This document shows positions 51,857 to 64,000 of a stretch of 64,000 bases of DNA, one piece after another. The position numbers and the translations under genes were made by a program. The stretch is taken from positions 11,141,009 through 11,205,008 of the forward strand of contig MU058781.1 in NCBI GenBank assembly GCA_013265495.1, read 5' to 3'. Origin of the DNA: Vicugna vicugna (Eukaryota). The first letter of the stretch is position 1; every line of letters starts with the position of its first letter. The notes under the pieces are model-generated. The model saw nothing but the letters and a program-made list of their open reading frames with translations. It was not told where the DNA came from and searched no databases.

Positions 51857-52669
51857 AAGAACTGGGGAGCCTGAGGTGGGAAAAATAGTCTTTATTTATA
51901 TTTTTGTCCTATCTGAATTTTTTTTACCACATTTAAAGTATTACTTTCAATTAAAACAATAATATTTAAAATCAAACTGGTTGTGAAACTATATATATAA
52001 ATATATGTAAATATGCCTACAGTAATCTGTACCCACATTTAACTGAAAAACATAATAAACAATCATCTGAGAATTTATTTTATCCTGTGTCTACCAGTGG
52101 AGTCTGTTAGAGAGACAGGGTGAGGATAGGATTCAAGAACTACCAGAAAAACTCCTCACTGGATTTCAACTCTCTGTGTGTCACATACTATATTTATATT
52201 CTCAATACATTCTGAACAAGTCTATGGTATTTGGACCCTTCCCACTATGAGATAATAGATAAGTCATCTCCATCAAGGTATAATTTCATAGGCTTCACAA
52301 GTTAAAAGCCATGATTTTAATCTTCACTTAAATTTCAGAATGTGAGAAAAATATTTCTGATTTCTCAGGTTGAGGCAACCCCACTTAATTATCCTCTCTA
52401 ACCTGTCGCCTTCTTAAAACCACTGACACCTCCTGATAGCTGATTTTTTAACCTGAGGCAAATAATTTGGACTATCAAATAATCATAAATATCTTCTGTG
52501 CAAAGGACAGTTTAGACATTAAGAGCCAAGAAGCTGGCTCACTCAAAAAAAAAAGTCTTTCTCGACTAAAACAATGTGGATGCTTGCCTATTTCCTCTAA
52601 ATCAAAAGAATAAAAGTAGTTAATACTTGTTGATGTGCTACTACATGTGCCAAAGAATATAAATAGTTA

Positions 52670-52858
52670 ATGTTTGTGGATGAGCTCCTCGGTGCCAGGG
52701 ACTGTTTTAAGTCCTTTATGCGGATTAATTCCTTCCTAAAAAACCCTACAAGGTAGGTACAATTATATACCCATTTTACAGATAGAGAAACTGAGGCCTA
52801 TAGAGCCTAACTGATGACCTGAAATTCAAATCTAGGGACCAGTGACCCCAGAGCCTCC
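52670..52858 (-). mobile_element. MIR SINE
   Basis: GTGCCAGGGACTGTTTTAAGT...CCCATTTTACAGATAGAGAAACTGAGGC. Confidence 0.8.
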
Positions 52859-52915
52859 TGGGAATATCCTCAACAATTCTGAAACCCAACCACTTGCAAG
52901 ATTCCTTCAACATAC

Positions 52916-53047
52916 CTGTGGACAGCCCCACTCCTCAGAGTTATTTTTTCTGTGACCATTTGTAGTATGTGATCCCACTGATTCAAGGCCTTTCTAGGGA
53001 TGAGGAGTCGTGAAGCTGGGTTTATGAGATCTCCATTTGCAATTAAG
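52916..53047 (-). CDS. DCDC2: DCDC2 coding exon 4 (132 nt): LIANGDLINPASRLLIPRKALNQWDHILQMVTEKITLRSGAVH(R), doublecortin domain 2
   Basis: ttttttccccctag|CTTAATT...CACAG|gtatgt. Contained in ORF 52870..53079 and in frame with exon 3 across a 140-nt intron. Confidence 0.97.
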
Positions 53048-53187
53048 CTAGGGGGAAAAAAAAGAACAGGAGCCAGCAAGGCAAACCATTTGACACATGT
53101 ATGCCTTTAAAACTACAAAATAAATCCTAAACCAAAAGGAAACCACCACACCAATTTCAACTCAAAATGTAAAGAGCCCCCACTTAC

Positions 53188-53264
53188 AAGATAGTGCAGG
53201 GTTCCAGAAGCGGTTTTCTAAAACGAGCTGACACATTGATCCTGCTGTGGATTACTGGTTTTAC
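53188..53264 (-). CDS. DCDC2: DCDC2 coding exon 3 (77 nt): VKPVIHSRINVSARFRKPLLEPCTI(F)
   Basis: Minus strand reads ttgcttttaaag|GTAAAACCA...ACTATCTT|gtaagt. The translation matches the DCDC2 linker and start of the second DCX domain. Not in the ORF track. Confidence 0.96.
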
Positions 53265-53639
53265 CTTTAAAAGCAAAGAAATACAAATCACTGAGCTTAT
53301 GTTAGTGGGGTTTTTTTCCCCCATGAGGAAAAACTACAGGTTTCCAGGGAACTGGCTGAGACCTCTTGTGCCTTTGCTAAAACCTTGCTTTTTTTCCACT
53401 TACACAAACACACTGGCTTCTCCCTCTATTAATATCATATGGCCTTAACCGAGCTCTCAAGAAAAATCTCCCTTAAGCCCTGGGCAGACTGCTCACCATC
53501 TGTGCCAACAATAGAAACTGTTGAGCTAGTATGAGAATTTTAAGGCAACGTTTTTAAACAATTACTTCCTGTTAAACAAAAATAAAATAATCCTATAAAA
53601 TCTTGAACCTCAAAGTGCCCTCCCCTGCAGCCACAACAG

Positions 53640-54720
53640 TCTTTGGTCATCTCTCCTGACTCACTCTCATCTCACCTGCTCCCTAGAGTTTCTGGGTCCC
53701 TACCAGGAACCCGACCCTATCCTATTCTCTTAAGACTGACTCCGTCAACTTTTTCTCGACTTCACTTCTTCCTCTCTGCACCTGCACCAGCCACATCGCA
53801 CCAGCACCCTCGACTCCTGAGCCCCTTGTATCTGGGTGCGTCTAGTTGTCTTTCCCTCTTTTTGTTTCCAGGGTCCAGGCTGCTGTACCGAGAACTACCG
53901 GGCCCCGCCGGGCATCTTCACCTGAGACAAGGCAGGGCCTTGGCACCGGCCACCCCCTCCCAAATCAACTATTTCTTGCATTTCCCACAGTGGATTGTCC
54001 AAATCCCTACCTCTCATCCTAAACCCTAAAATCCCACTCCAGGCACACTCACTCTCAGCGAATCATTTCCTTCCAAACTTCAAGAAAGTAGAGGCCAAGA
54101 GGCTTCAAGGCTTTCAACCTCCCTTTCCTCCATAACCCACCTCATTCACATCTTCACTTTTCTCCATTGCTGCCTGTCTCAGAAGAAGGATCTTAGCCTT
54201 TTATAAAGCTAAGTCCTGCTGCCTCTACTTGTTCCATTAAACATCCAGGACCCTTCAATCCCATCTGGTGTCTTCAACTTCCCCCTTGACACTTCAGCCC
54301 AACCAAACACTATCTGGTGTCTGGCTCTGCTCTCCATCATATTCCTACTTCCTCCCACCCTATCTTCTCCTCAGTCTTCTGCTATTGGGTTTCGGCCTAC
54401 ACCACTGAATGATGAATCCCAACTCTTAAGCTTGTCTACAAGGACCTCTGTGACCACACACTGCTTACTTCTTCCTTCATCTCCCACCAACACTCCTTCC
54501 ACCCAGACCACTTGTTGTGACTTTAGTCGAACCAGCCTACCTCTCCATTCCCAAAACACACTCTGAACCCTCTTCCACGCCTTTGCTCCTCTTGCCACCC
54601 CCATGCCTAAAATGCCCTCCCCTTTCTCCACCTGCTGAAATTCCATTTGCTAATCAATGCCTAGCCTAGTCATCACCAGTCTTTCCCTGCTCATCCTTTA
54701 GCTTCTCTCTCAAACGCCTA
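53640..54720 (+). mobile_element. Diverged L2 fragments
   Basis: Pyrimidine-rich with L2 motifs (CCCAACTCTTAAGCTTG...AAGGACCT; GCCTTTGCTC...ATGCCCTCCC). Confidence 0.5.
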
Positions 54721-54829
54721 CTGCTACTATAGTACTGATGATCACTCTTTTGTTTTTAGAGTCTTTTTCCCCTTTTTGATTCGGAAGGGAAACCTGTAAG
54801 CAAAAGGAACTGATTTATTAAAATCGCCA

Positions 54830-55000
54830 ACATTTATTACACTGTATTTAAAACAAGCACTATATTAAGTAACTTACATGCGTTATTTATCATTTAATCA
54901 TCAAAACTGTATCTATTTAACCTCATTTTACAAATGAAGAAACTAAAATGAAGATTTTAATTAATTAATTTGCCTAAAATCACACACACACTAAGGGGTG
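54830..55000 (-). mobile_element. MIR SINE
   Basis: TCATTTAATCATCA...CTCATTTTACAAATGAAGAAACT...TTGCCTAAAATCACACA. Confidence 0.75.
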
Positions 55001-55339
55001 GAGTTGTCCATACTTATGAACCACTAACTATTTGTTTTGCACTTTGGCAGTTATTTTAGAGACAGATATTAACCCTAAATAATTTATGTGACTCTTTTCT
55101 GTCCAGTTAAGCCATTTTGAAAAGAACAAGAGGTGTGAATTCTTCTTGACTCTCCAGGGCCTAAAACAGTGCTTGGCAATGCCTGCTAGCTGCACAATAA
55201 ATGTTTGTTGGAATTTAATTAAAAGACACTCTAATTTAGAGTTCTAAAATTTTAATCCAATCACAATATTTTTTTTACATTTTAAACCCAGAGATTCTTG
55301 GCCCTAAGCTAATGTTTACACTGATCTTGACTTTACAAA

Positions 55340-55875
55340 AAAAAAAATTTTACCAGATCATGTATGCACCTGACCAAAATTCAAGTGGTAAAATGGGGTA
55401 TACAGTGAAAAGGAAGAGTCCTTCCCATCCCCACCACGAAGTTGCAACCCAAATTAGCAATATTAATTCAAAGACAACCTATATATATGTATGCATATTG
55501 TCTTACATAGATATTTCATATATGCAATTTTTAAACACAGCGATAACCTGCTATACCCATTCTCCTGCACCTTGCTTTCTTCATTGAACAATTTACAGTG
55601 GAGATTGTTCCACACTGGTAGTTCGAGTAAGGGTTGCTTCATTCTTTATAACAGCTGTGTATATGCCACGCTCCAAATGTGCCATAATTTATGCAGCCTG
55701 CTTCTCAAAGATGAACTTTTTGATTGTTTCTAAACTGTTGCTGTTGCAAACAATACCATGATGGATTCCCTTGTAAATACCTACTTGCAGAAATATGTAA
55801 GTGGATCTGTAGAATAAATTATTAGAGTTGAGACTTAGCTGAAATAAAGAAGAACATTTTCAGTTTAGTGGAAGG
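55340..55875 (-). mobile_element. Ancient L1ME-like 3' fragment
   Basis: CACCTTGCTTTCTTCATTGAAC...TTCATTCTTT...CCATAATTTA...GATTGTTTCTA...AAACAATACC pattern. Confidence 0.65.
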
Positions 55876-57559
55876 CACGGCAAGCTGATTTACTTGGTTC
55901 ATACTATAGCATGTGAAAATAGATTCGATTTACAAGGAATGCAGTTTTGAGGGCAGGGTTGTGGTTTTCAACACCCTAGGTGATTACAAATCCGTCTCCC
56001 AGCAGATCTGCTTACTCTCAAGGCTTAATACGTTCAACTGCAAATGAGTCTCTGCCTGTGTTAAGGACAGGCTTCTTGGATTCTGTGTCTATGCTAACAG
56101 TAGCTTCCTCGTGAAATCCGCCCCCACCTCCTAAACATAGCTATACTGCCTCCCTGACCACTGCACTTCAAGCTTCTGCCATATCCCTGGCTCTCTATTG
56201 CCCTTCCCTGCCTTTTCTTTCTTTTTTTTAATAGCACTTACCACAATCTAACATATCATACATTTTACTTATTTGGGTTTTAATTTATTGTCCCTACTTT
56301 TACTTTGGAGTTACTCTCAATATTAATTAGGAAAGTACTAAGCACCTACTTCACACCAATTGTTATTTTTTCAAACATCTTCCCTACCGACCTTGATTGC
56401 TTAATACCCTATTAGATTGTTGAATTAAAGATGAAGGTGCATATATCACGTAAACAAATAACTGAAACTCTTGAGTCAGCTGATATATGCTATTTTTCTT
56501 TCACACATACGTATCTAGAATTGTAATATTCAGAAATTCACAAATACCCATGATTTTTTAAATATGTAGCTTTATTCTGAGTCTATAAGTTGCTTGAATT
56601 AAATCAAACCATCTGTCTTGAATAAGTTGTATTCCTCATTCAGTATGACAAAAATATTCCCCAAATGTTCACAATTAACCATTGAATTGAAGATTAATCT
56701 TAAATATATATTTCTTTGAATAATTATATGTAATTAAAATAACCAAATCAGTCCGTTTCCAGATATACTAACAAAAGAATCCAAAAAAAAAAAATAATCC
56801 AAGTAATACATTTAAATTGAAAAAAAATACGTAAGGCCATTGTATAAAACAATTAGAACTTTGTGGAGAGGGGAAATACCATTTTTCATTTAAAATGCAT
56901 TTCTCTAACTGGCATTTTAAATGATAACTTAAATCACAAAAGAATTAAGCAAATCAACTATGTATAAGGGGAGCTTTTCCAGAGCCCTTATGAGGGATTA
57001 AGCCTTGGGCACTTGGTGCTAACCTAGAGACACTGTGGTTTTAGATATGGAAAACACAGTAATCAATTAGAATATGTTTCTTGAAATATGTACATTTTCT
57101 TATTAGGCCATACACTTTCCCTTGCCCTCTGAAAATAAATAATGCTTGAAATATAAGAATAATGTTAAGTATCAACATATCTAGTTAGGGCGGGAGGGAC
57201 ACCGAAGGATAGAGTATGAGGCACTCCCACTTAGTGTATTAGGAGGGTCTCACTGGTGAGCAATCTGAGCAGCATTAGTTGTGTAATCAGTGACTGCAGG
57301 ACCAAAGCAAATAACAAGGTACCAATGCGAAACTCAGACTTTCCTTTTGGACATAGCAGAGCTCATGCTCCTGCTTGGCTTTGTCAGTTAGTAAGGGAAC
57401 CACCACCAAGCAAAAGCAGGACATGCTTCTAGCTGACTTCCTGTCTTAATTCTACACTTAGGCTCAATATTGTTTTAGGAAACCCAGTTTATCTAGATAT
57501 TAAGGAGTAGGTTAGTCTGGTAAATCAGAGAGAGGAGTCGTTCCCTGAGTGTAAATTAA

Positions 57560-57614
57560 GGTGGATAGGTACGTAGGTGGGTAGGTAGATAAATAGGCAG
57601 ATAGATAGATAGAT
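57560..57614. repeat. Imperfect (TAGG)n/(TAGA)n repeat
   Basis: Directly visible. Confidence 0.8.
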
Positions 57615-59439
57615 TAAATATTTGGCTTTTGGGGGGAAATACTTCCAAAGTCAAAGGTGGCCAAAAAGTGACTTCACCATGTTCACTCTGCTAGAAGGGG
57701 GTGAGCCAGGACCCTAGTACAGATCTTTGAATACAAAGCACATGCATTTTCCAATATATCACCCTGCCTTTGGATCTTATCTAGATTGTGTTTATATCAC
57801 AGATGGCTATACCAAAAATATAAAACAAAACAAAACAACAAACAAACCAAAGTTATGTGAACTGGATAAGTCTAAGTATGTAATTGAACCCAAGTTCACA
57901 AGTGTCCATGCTGACACTTAGTAGGGCAATATCACAGCTGGGTCAAATTCAAGAGAAATTTTGCATGGCTCAAAAATATTAATCTACTTTTTATTAAAAA
58001 TAAACTAAGTGAAACTAAAAATGTTGTTTTGAAAATACAGATTTGGATTAATAAGATCAAGATCTACAAAATGAGTAACTGACTAAAGTTCTGAAAACTG
58101 AACTCCAGGACTGACTGCCAATTCAATGCCTCACACCTCATTTTCTAGCTCTGTAAAAATAGGGATAATCCTACTAAACCAGCCCAAAGGGATGCTCCAT
58201 GCACTAATTAATGAAGTGGCAATACCACTCCCTGGGGCTGTTAGGCTGAATGCTTCAGAGAATCCATCTGCCTCAAATCACAGCACTCGACACTTCTTGA
58301 AACCCTAGGCCAAGTAAACCAAACTTAGTCTAAGGCCCTAAGGAAATGACGCTGTTAAACGAAAACCATCATGAAAATCTAATGACCACTGATCTCTTGT
58401 AAAAACTGCTCAATTTAAAAACTCAATTTTAAGTTGCTTTTTAAAAAAAAAAGTCACATTTTTGTTACTGTCCATAAGATAAACTTAGGCATTTGGCAGG
58501 GGAGAAATGTACTGAACCTACTGATTTGCAAAGTATAGCCCCACCTATACAAAGAGGCTTTGACTCTATTTTCCTTACTGCATGGATTTAAGTAAAATGA
58601 TCATCTTTAAGGAAACTTCGTTATTACTCTGCAAAGACAAGCACAGCATCAAAGAGGAGAACAAAGTCTTTCACGAAATATGTGATCAATTTTCACCACT
58701 ATTTGATAAGTAAGAAGAAAAGAGAGAAATCTGTTTTAAAGACACCAGAGTAGAAAATAACTTACCTAGAAGTCAATATAGCAAATGCATCCAAACTATA
58801 GATTGTTCTAAAGAGCTTTTTAAAATAATTACCGAATTATTTTCAAGATTACTGTTTCTAAATGCCTGACAGATTGCGATGGTGTGAGCCACAGGCCATA
58901 ACAGGTGGAAAGTGCCTCTATCAGAGGCTGTTTTGTGCGGGGAATATCTACTAAGTTTCATGGAATGAAGTCATTTATCATGGAGACACTCCAGATGCAC
59001 AGACTGAAAGAGAACTTTGAAAAGGAAAGGCTATGGAACAAAAGATGAGGATGATATCCAATCTTTTCAAAAGAATAGTTGACTCACCCTCTCCTTGAAT
59101 TTCTATAGACGGGGTTACATCGAATCCCAGTAATTAGGCATTTGCCATTCCCCAATCTTCAGATCAACACAGATCTTTGGGGACACAAAAATTGCATGGT
59201 TTTTCTATCACCACCTGTTACTTTCTCATATCCAAGGAAATAAAGTCTGATAATTGGTGCAAATTATATTTTAAAAATGTACCCACTGTGTTTTGTCATT
59301 AAGATTTTATTTCCGTTGTTGAATATTTAAGTGTCCTTTTTTTCCCCATTATCAAGTAAACTAAGAGATAGTTCCACTTCTGGTTAGGAGGTAGACAGTT
59401 TGAGGAGAACAAACAAACAAATAATAATATGGTAGACCC

Positions 59440-59615
59440 CAGTACTTGAGTAAATGTAAGCAAACTAAAAACTCCAATTAAAGGATAGAGAAAATCAGAC
59501 TGGACAAAGAATCAAGATCCAACTGTATACTGTTTAAAAAAGACACACTTAAAATATATAGACATAGTAGATTGAAATTAAAAGGATGGAAAAAATATAC
59601 CATGCAAAGATTAAT
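59440..59615 (+). mobile_element. Old L1 ORF2 endonuclease-start fragment
   Basis: ACTCCAATTAAAGG...CAAGATCCAACTGTATACTG...AAAGGATGGAAAAAATATACCATGCAAA. Confidence 0.75.
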
Positions 59616-59849
59616 CCATTAAATCCAGACATTTTGATCAATGCAAAATTATAAGAAATACATAGTATGCCCATTTACTTTATTAATTTTCATAATTGAT
59701 TTACATTAAAGGGTTTTTAAAAACAAGTACACATTGTAAACTTGGATATTTCTTATAAAACCCATCCCATATAATATCTGACATACTAAAATATCTTTTT
59801 CTAGTATTGTGCTCTTTTGGACTTATGAAAATTAAGCTCCAGAAATATT

Positions 59850-61270
59850 CTTAATCTGGGACCCCAAATAGTCTAAGAACTCTTGAGAAAGAAGAACAAA
59901 GCTAGAGGGATCATGTGCCCTGACTTCAAACTATATTACAAACTATAGTAATCAAAACAGTATGATACTGGCATAAAATAAAAACAGACACATAGATCAA
60001 TAAAACAGAATAGAGAGCCCAGAAATAAACCCACATATTTATGGTCCATTAATTTATGACAAAAGAGCCAAGAATCTACAATGAGGGAAGGACAGTCTCT
60101 TAAACAAATGGTGTTGGGGAAACTGGACAGCAACATACAAAAAAAGTGAAACTGGACCACTAATTTACACTATATACAAAAATTAACCCAAAATGGAATA
60201 CAGACTTGAATGTAAGACCCGAAACCATAAAACTCCTGGAAGAAAACAGAGGCAGTAAGCTCCTTGACATCAGTCTAGGTGATGAACTTTTTGGCTTCAA
60301 CACCAAAAGCAAAGGCAACAAAAGCAAAAGAAACAAATGGGACTACATCAAACTAAAAAGCTTCTGCACAGCAAAGGAAACCATCAATAAAATGAAAAGG
60401 CAACCTACTAAATGGGAAAAAAATTGCAAATAAATGTCTGATAAGAGAGTAATATCCAAAATATATAAAGAACTCATACAACTCAACAGTAAAAAACGGA
60501 GAAAAAAATCCAATTAAAAATGGTCATAGCATCTGAATTAGAAATTTTTCCAAGAAAGAAAACATACAGATGGTCAACAAGGACATGAAAAGACAGTAGA
60601 CGAAAAGGGAAATGCAAACCAAAAGCATAATGTCACCTCACAACTGCTAGAATGGCTATTACCAAAGAGGCAAGCAATGACAAGTGTGGGGAAGATGTGG
60701 AGAAAAGGGAACCCTTGTGCATCACTGGCGAAAACATAAACTGGTGCAGTCACTACAGACAACAGCTTGGAGATCCTTCAAAGTATTAAAAGTAGAACTA
60801 CCATACGATCCAAAAATTCCACTTCAGGGTATCTACAAAGAAAACAAAAACTCCAAGAGATACATGCACCACTATGTTCACTGCAGCATTACTTACAATA
60901 GACAAGATGTGGAAACACCCTAAGTATCCTTCAACACATGAATGGATAAAGAAAATGTAATATATATATATATAGAGAGAGAGAATAAAATGTTATTCAG
61001 CCATAAAAAAGAATGAAATATTGCCATTTGTGACATTTATGAGCTCTGAGAGCTTTATTCTAAGTGAAATAAGTCAGAGAAAGACAAATACTGTATGATC
61101 TCACAAATAGGAATCTAAAAACAAACAAGAAAAACAAACAAACCAACCAAGCTCATAGATACAGAGAACAGACTGGTGGTTGCCAGAGGCAGCGGTGAAG
61201 GGTGGGGGAAATGGGTGAAGTTAAAAGGTACAAACTTCAAGTTATAAAATAAGTAAGTCACAGGGATGTA
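59850..61270 (+). mobile_element. L1 (L1MA9-like) ORF2 3' part and partial 3'UTR
   Basis: ORFs 60206 (NVRPETIKLLEEN...KWDYIKLKSFCTAKETINKMKRQPT) and 60684 are ORF2 remnants. The 3'UTR AAGCTCATAGATACAGAGAACAGACTGGTGGTTGCCAG stops at GGGATGTA with no tail. Confidence 0.92.
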
Positions 61271-62483
61271 CTCCATCTCTCTTTTATTTTTATTTTTTAG
61301 CAAAGAGCCTCAGCTATAACTCAAAGACCTATTCATACTGCTTTGGACATAGAACTTGCTCATAAATATTTTAACTCAGTAAAGTTGAAACCATTTTTTC
61401 TGAGTACACACTATGCCCAGAACTGTATCAAAGACTCTCCATATGTTACCTTGACTTTTCACAGTAACTTTATGTTAGTTATTTTCAAATAAGTTTACAA
61501 GTATAAAACATATCAGTACTTATAAAATGCTTTCACTTATAAAATAATATTATGAGTTTAGTCTTATTTCAGTTGCATAGAAAGGAAAAGATGAGCCTCT
61601 CCACCCGTCAAGGTCACACAGTAAGCAGAGAAACAGTCACATGGATCCAACCCTGATTCCTGGTCCAGGGTTCATTCCTACTGCTAATGCTGCCCAAGAT
61701 AGAAAGTGACCACTAGCAGAAATAGGAAACACATATTTGCATCCATTTAAATAAGCACTTTCCTAAGTTATATATAACTGAATATCTATATCTATATCTA
61801 TAATTGTTTATACTTACTGGCATAACTGGACCACCCCTTTTCAGTGGTTCCAACGTCTTCTCAAAACCACCCAAGTTTCTCTCCCTATGGCTGCTGTCAA
61901 ATATTCCTTATGTGATTATATCAGTATAATTTATAGATCTCCAGTGGAATGAAAATTGAAATCCGTTAACCCCCTGAATTTTCAGAAATTCCAGAAAGGC
62001 ATGGTGGCAAAATCAGCCCAGCCACTGAAATATTTTCATCAGCATTGCTATATAATAATAAAAAATTCCAACCACTCTAACTTCAGTGAGAATCTAGTTA
62101 TGGAAGATGTCTCTAATTATAATGAACCAGCTGTTTAGAACATTCCCAGAAGGGTCCAATTAGTTTCTATGAGCTGATGAAACCACTCATCACTACCTGG
62201 GTCATCTACAGGTCCCATGTTGTACCCAGTCCAGGGGCTGGTTCCCAGAGGAAGGGTTAGGATTCATCTGTCAGGTGTAGATTATCATCTCTTATGCAGA
62301 GTGTGATGTTTCTGCCAAAAATGGATATTTTTGCATATTGATCTTTTGAACTATTCTCTAAATGAGTATCTCCCTTCCTCGAAGCAGGAAAACAATTCGA
62401 AAAGAATTCACAGAGAAATGATATGGCTATTCAAAACAACAAGGTGAAAGATTTCTTTTAGCTTAAAAGTGACCTCAGAGTTA

Positions 62484-62722
62484 CCTGTCATTATACATTT
62501 GTCTAAACCCATAGAATGTATAACACCAAGAGTGAACCTTAATGTAAACTATGAATTGTGGGTGATCACGATGTGTCCACATAGGTTCATCAACTGTAAC
62601 ACATTTACCACACTTGTGGGGGATATTGGTAATGGGGGAGGCTATGCATGTGTAGGGGCAAGGGCTATTTGGGGAACCTATGCATTTTCCCCTCAGTTTT
62701 GCTCTGAACCTAAAACTGCTTT
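62484..62722 (+). mobile_element. L1MC-like 3'UTR fragment
   Basis: CATTATACATTTGTCTAAACCCATAGAATGTATAACACCAAGAGTGAACC...GAACCTAAAACTGCT. Explains ORFs 62469 and 62481. Confidence 0.85.
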
Positions 62723-64000
62723 TTGGGCTCAGCATGCTTCCACTGCACTACTCTGCCATCTAACCCAAAACTGATTTAAAAACTCATGTTTTTAAAGCTT
62801 TAAAAAAAAGTGACCCAAAAGATAAGATGCCCATCATAAGTAACACCTTTCTTGAAAAATTCTTAAGTGTAAGCATGTATCTAAATGTACCCATATTGCT
62901 AAATCTTTTTGTCTTAAACAAACACCCACCAATTTTCATCAAATTTTGAACCATCAAATCCATCTCCCAGCATACCACAAATTTTTAAACTATTGGCATT
63001 CTGGTTTAATTTTCTCTTTATTGCACTTTATGGACTCTCTTAAAAGACTGGATAACGCCTAAGCATTCTGAACATGTAATGTTAAATCTCACATTTATTA
63101 GCTTTATTCTAAAGTAATTATTTGCAGTGGGCATTTTATCTGCCGGAAAACTTGAGTCATTTTTAAGGCATTCATAAGTAAGTCTGCATGGGTTTCCCTA
63201 ATGCTATGCTGAACAGAAGAATGACCCCCATAAAGTTAAAAAATAACCAATTAACTCAAGAGAACTCTTAGGAGAAATTACGGGAACCACCACTAATAAA
63301 GCATTGAAAAAAATGGGGGAACTCTTTGTCTCTATCATTTTCCTTCTTAACTTACTACACCAGGCTTACTATTCACCATTGTCATTTTTGTTTGTTTTGT
63401 TTTCCCACATGGGATTCTAGTTACCAAACCAATCTAGGCAGTGGAATGTAAAATTTCCACTAAGAATGTAGAGCAGCTGAAAGTGTGTGCATAACAATGC
63501 AAGATGAAAACCAGCAATGCCGAGCGTGCAGGGGCAGTCCCAGCGGGCAGAGGACAGCCCCCACCTGCATTTAAATAAGTCATTTGGTCTGCAGGATTCC
63601 TACATTGAAGAAGGTGTCAACTGTAAGATCTACATGCAATCTTTCCTAAATACTAAGAAAGCTATGAAGCAATCAGCGACAACAAAAGAAGATACATCAA
63701 CATTCTTAGCAATCATTAGTTGTTCACCCATGATGTGCTGGCTCCGTGCTCTGGGCTGAGGACTTAGTACCGCAGAAGGCAGAGAGGGCTTCCATTCTCA
63801 CTGAGCTTATGTAAAGGATGGGGTGCAGGCGTGAGAGACAGCAGAGGAGCAGAGGAAGGAATGAAGCAGCTCAGCATTACTCAGGAGCCCTGGCCAGTCA
63901 GCTTGAAGATCTAGAAGCTCAACTATTCCCTGAGTTACCTGAGGCAGGTGACTTCACCACTCTGGGTAGGCTTGTCTACTCAGTGCTAGGATGAGCAGAT

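Larger units (their letters stand above)
1..64000 (-). other. DCDC2: DCDC2 gene body (partial: intron 2 through intron 7); both ends lie outside the window
   Basis: Five colinear minus-strand exons translate to DCDC2. I did not find exon 2 or exon 8 (EGIFKAG...) in the window, so the flanks are inferred to be introns 2 and 7. Confidence 0.9.

Noticed and set aside
39665..61270. The L1MA9-like copy ending at 61270 (+) and the fragment at 39665-39784 (-) are near-consecutive parts of the 3'UTR, which suggests a 21-kb inversion
   Set aside because: The small fragment has its own imperfect flanking repeat (39651-39664 / 39785-39798). The family is abundant. Such an inversion would flip DCDC2 exons 3-7, which look intact. 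A synteny alignment would settle it.
53265..64000. Looked for an equivalent of the human intron-2 READ1 purine-rich compound repeat
   Set aside because: No (GGAA)n or (GAGAGGAAGGAAA)n-type array in the visible part of intron 2. Most of the intron is outside the window.
1..64000. CRISPR arrays, operons or other prokaryote-like or novel multi-gene systems
   Set aside because: No regularly spaced repeats and no long ORFs. The content is explained by a mammalian intron-rich gene and its repeats.

Overview
Mammalian genomic DNA, very probably a camelid (alpaca, llama or camel). The evidence is two tRNA-derived Vic-1-type SINEs, young camelid-type L1 3' ends, and no recognisable Alu, BovB/Bov-tA, PRE1 or CanSINE. 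The window lies inside the ciliary gene DCDC2 on the minus strand. Five coding exons, equivalent to human exons 3-7 (53264-53188, 53047-52916, 50459-50313, 48560-48506, 42617-42455), splice through canonical GT-AG junctions into one open frame of 574 nt. That frame encodes the second doublecortin domain and the start of the Ser/Lys-rich tail. The rest is intron: more than 42 kb of intron 7 and more than 10 kb of intron 2. It holds a full-length RPS20 processed pseudogene, L1/L2/MIR, several solo LTRs (one nested LTR-in-LTR with a GAS motif), DNA transposon remnants and microsatellites. Nearly all ORF-track entries are spurious or repeat-derived. I found no convincing novel biological system. 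The best leads are modest: possible recursive or cryptic splice signals, a possible interferon-responsive LTR, and unusual retrotransposon insertion structures. Repeat family names come from my recall of consensus sequences. Boundaries are approximate unless a target-site duplication (TSD) is quoted.
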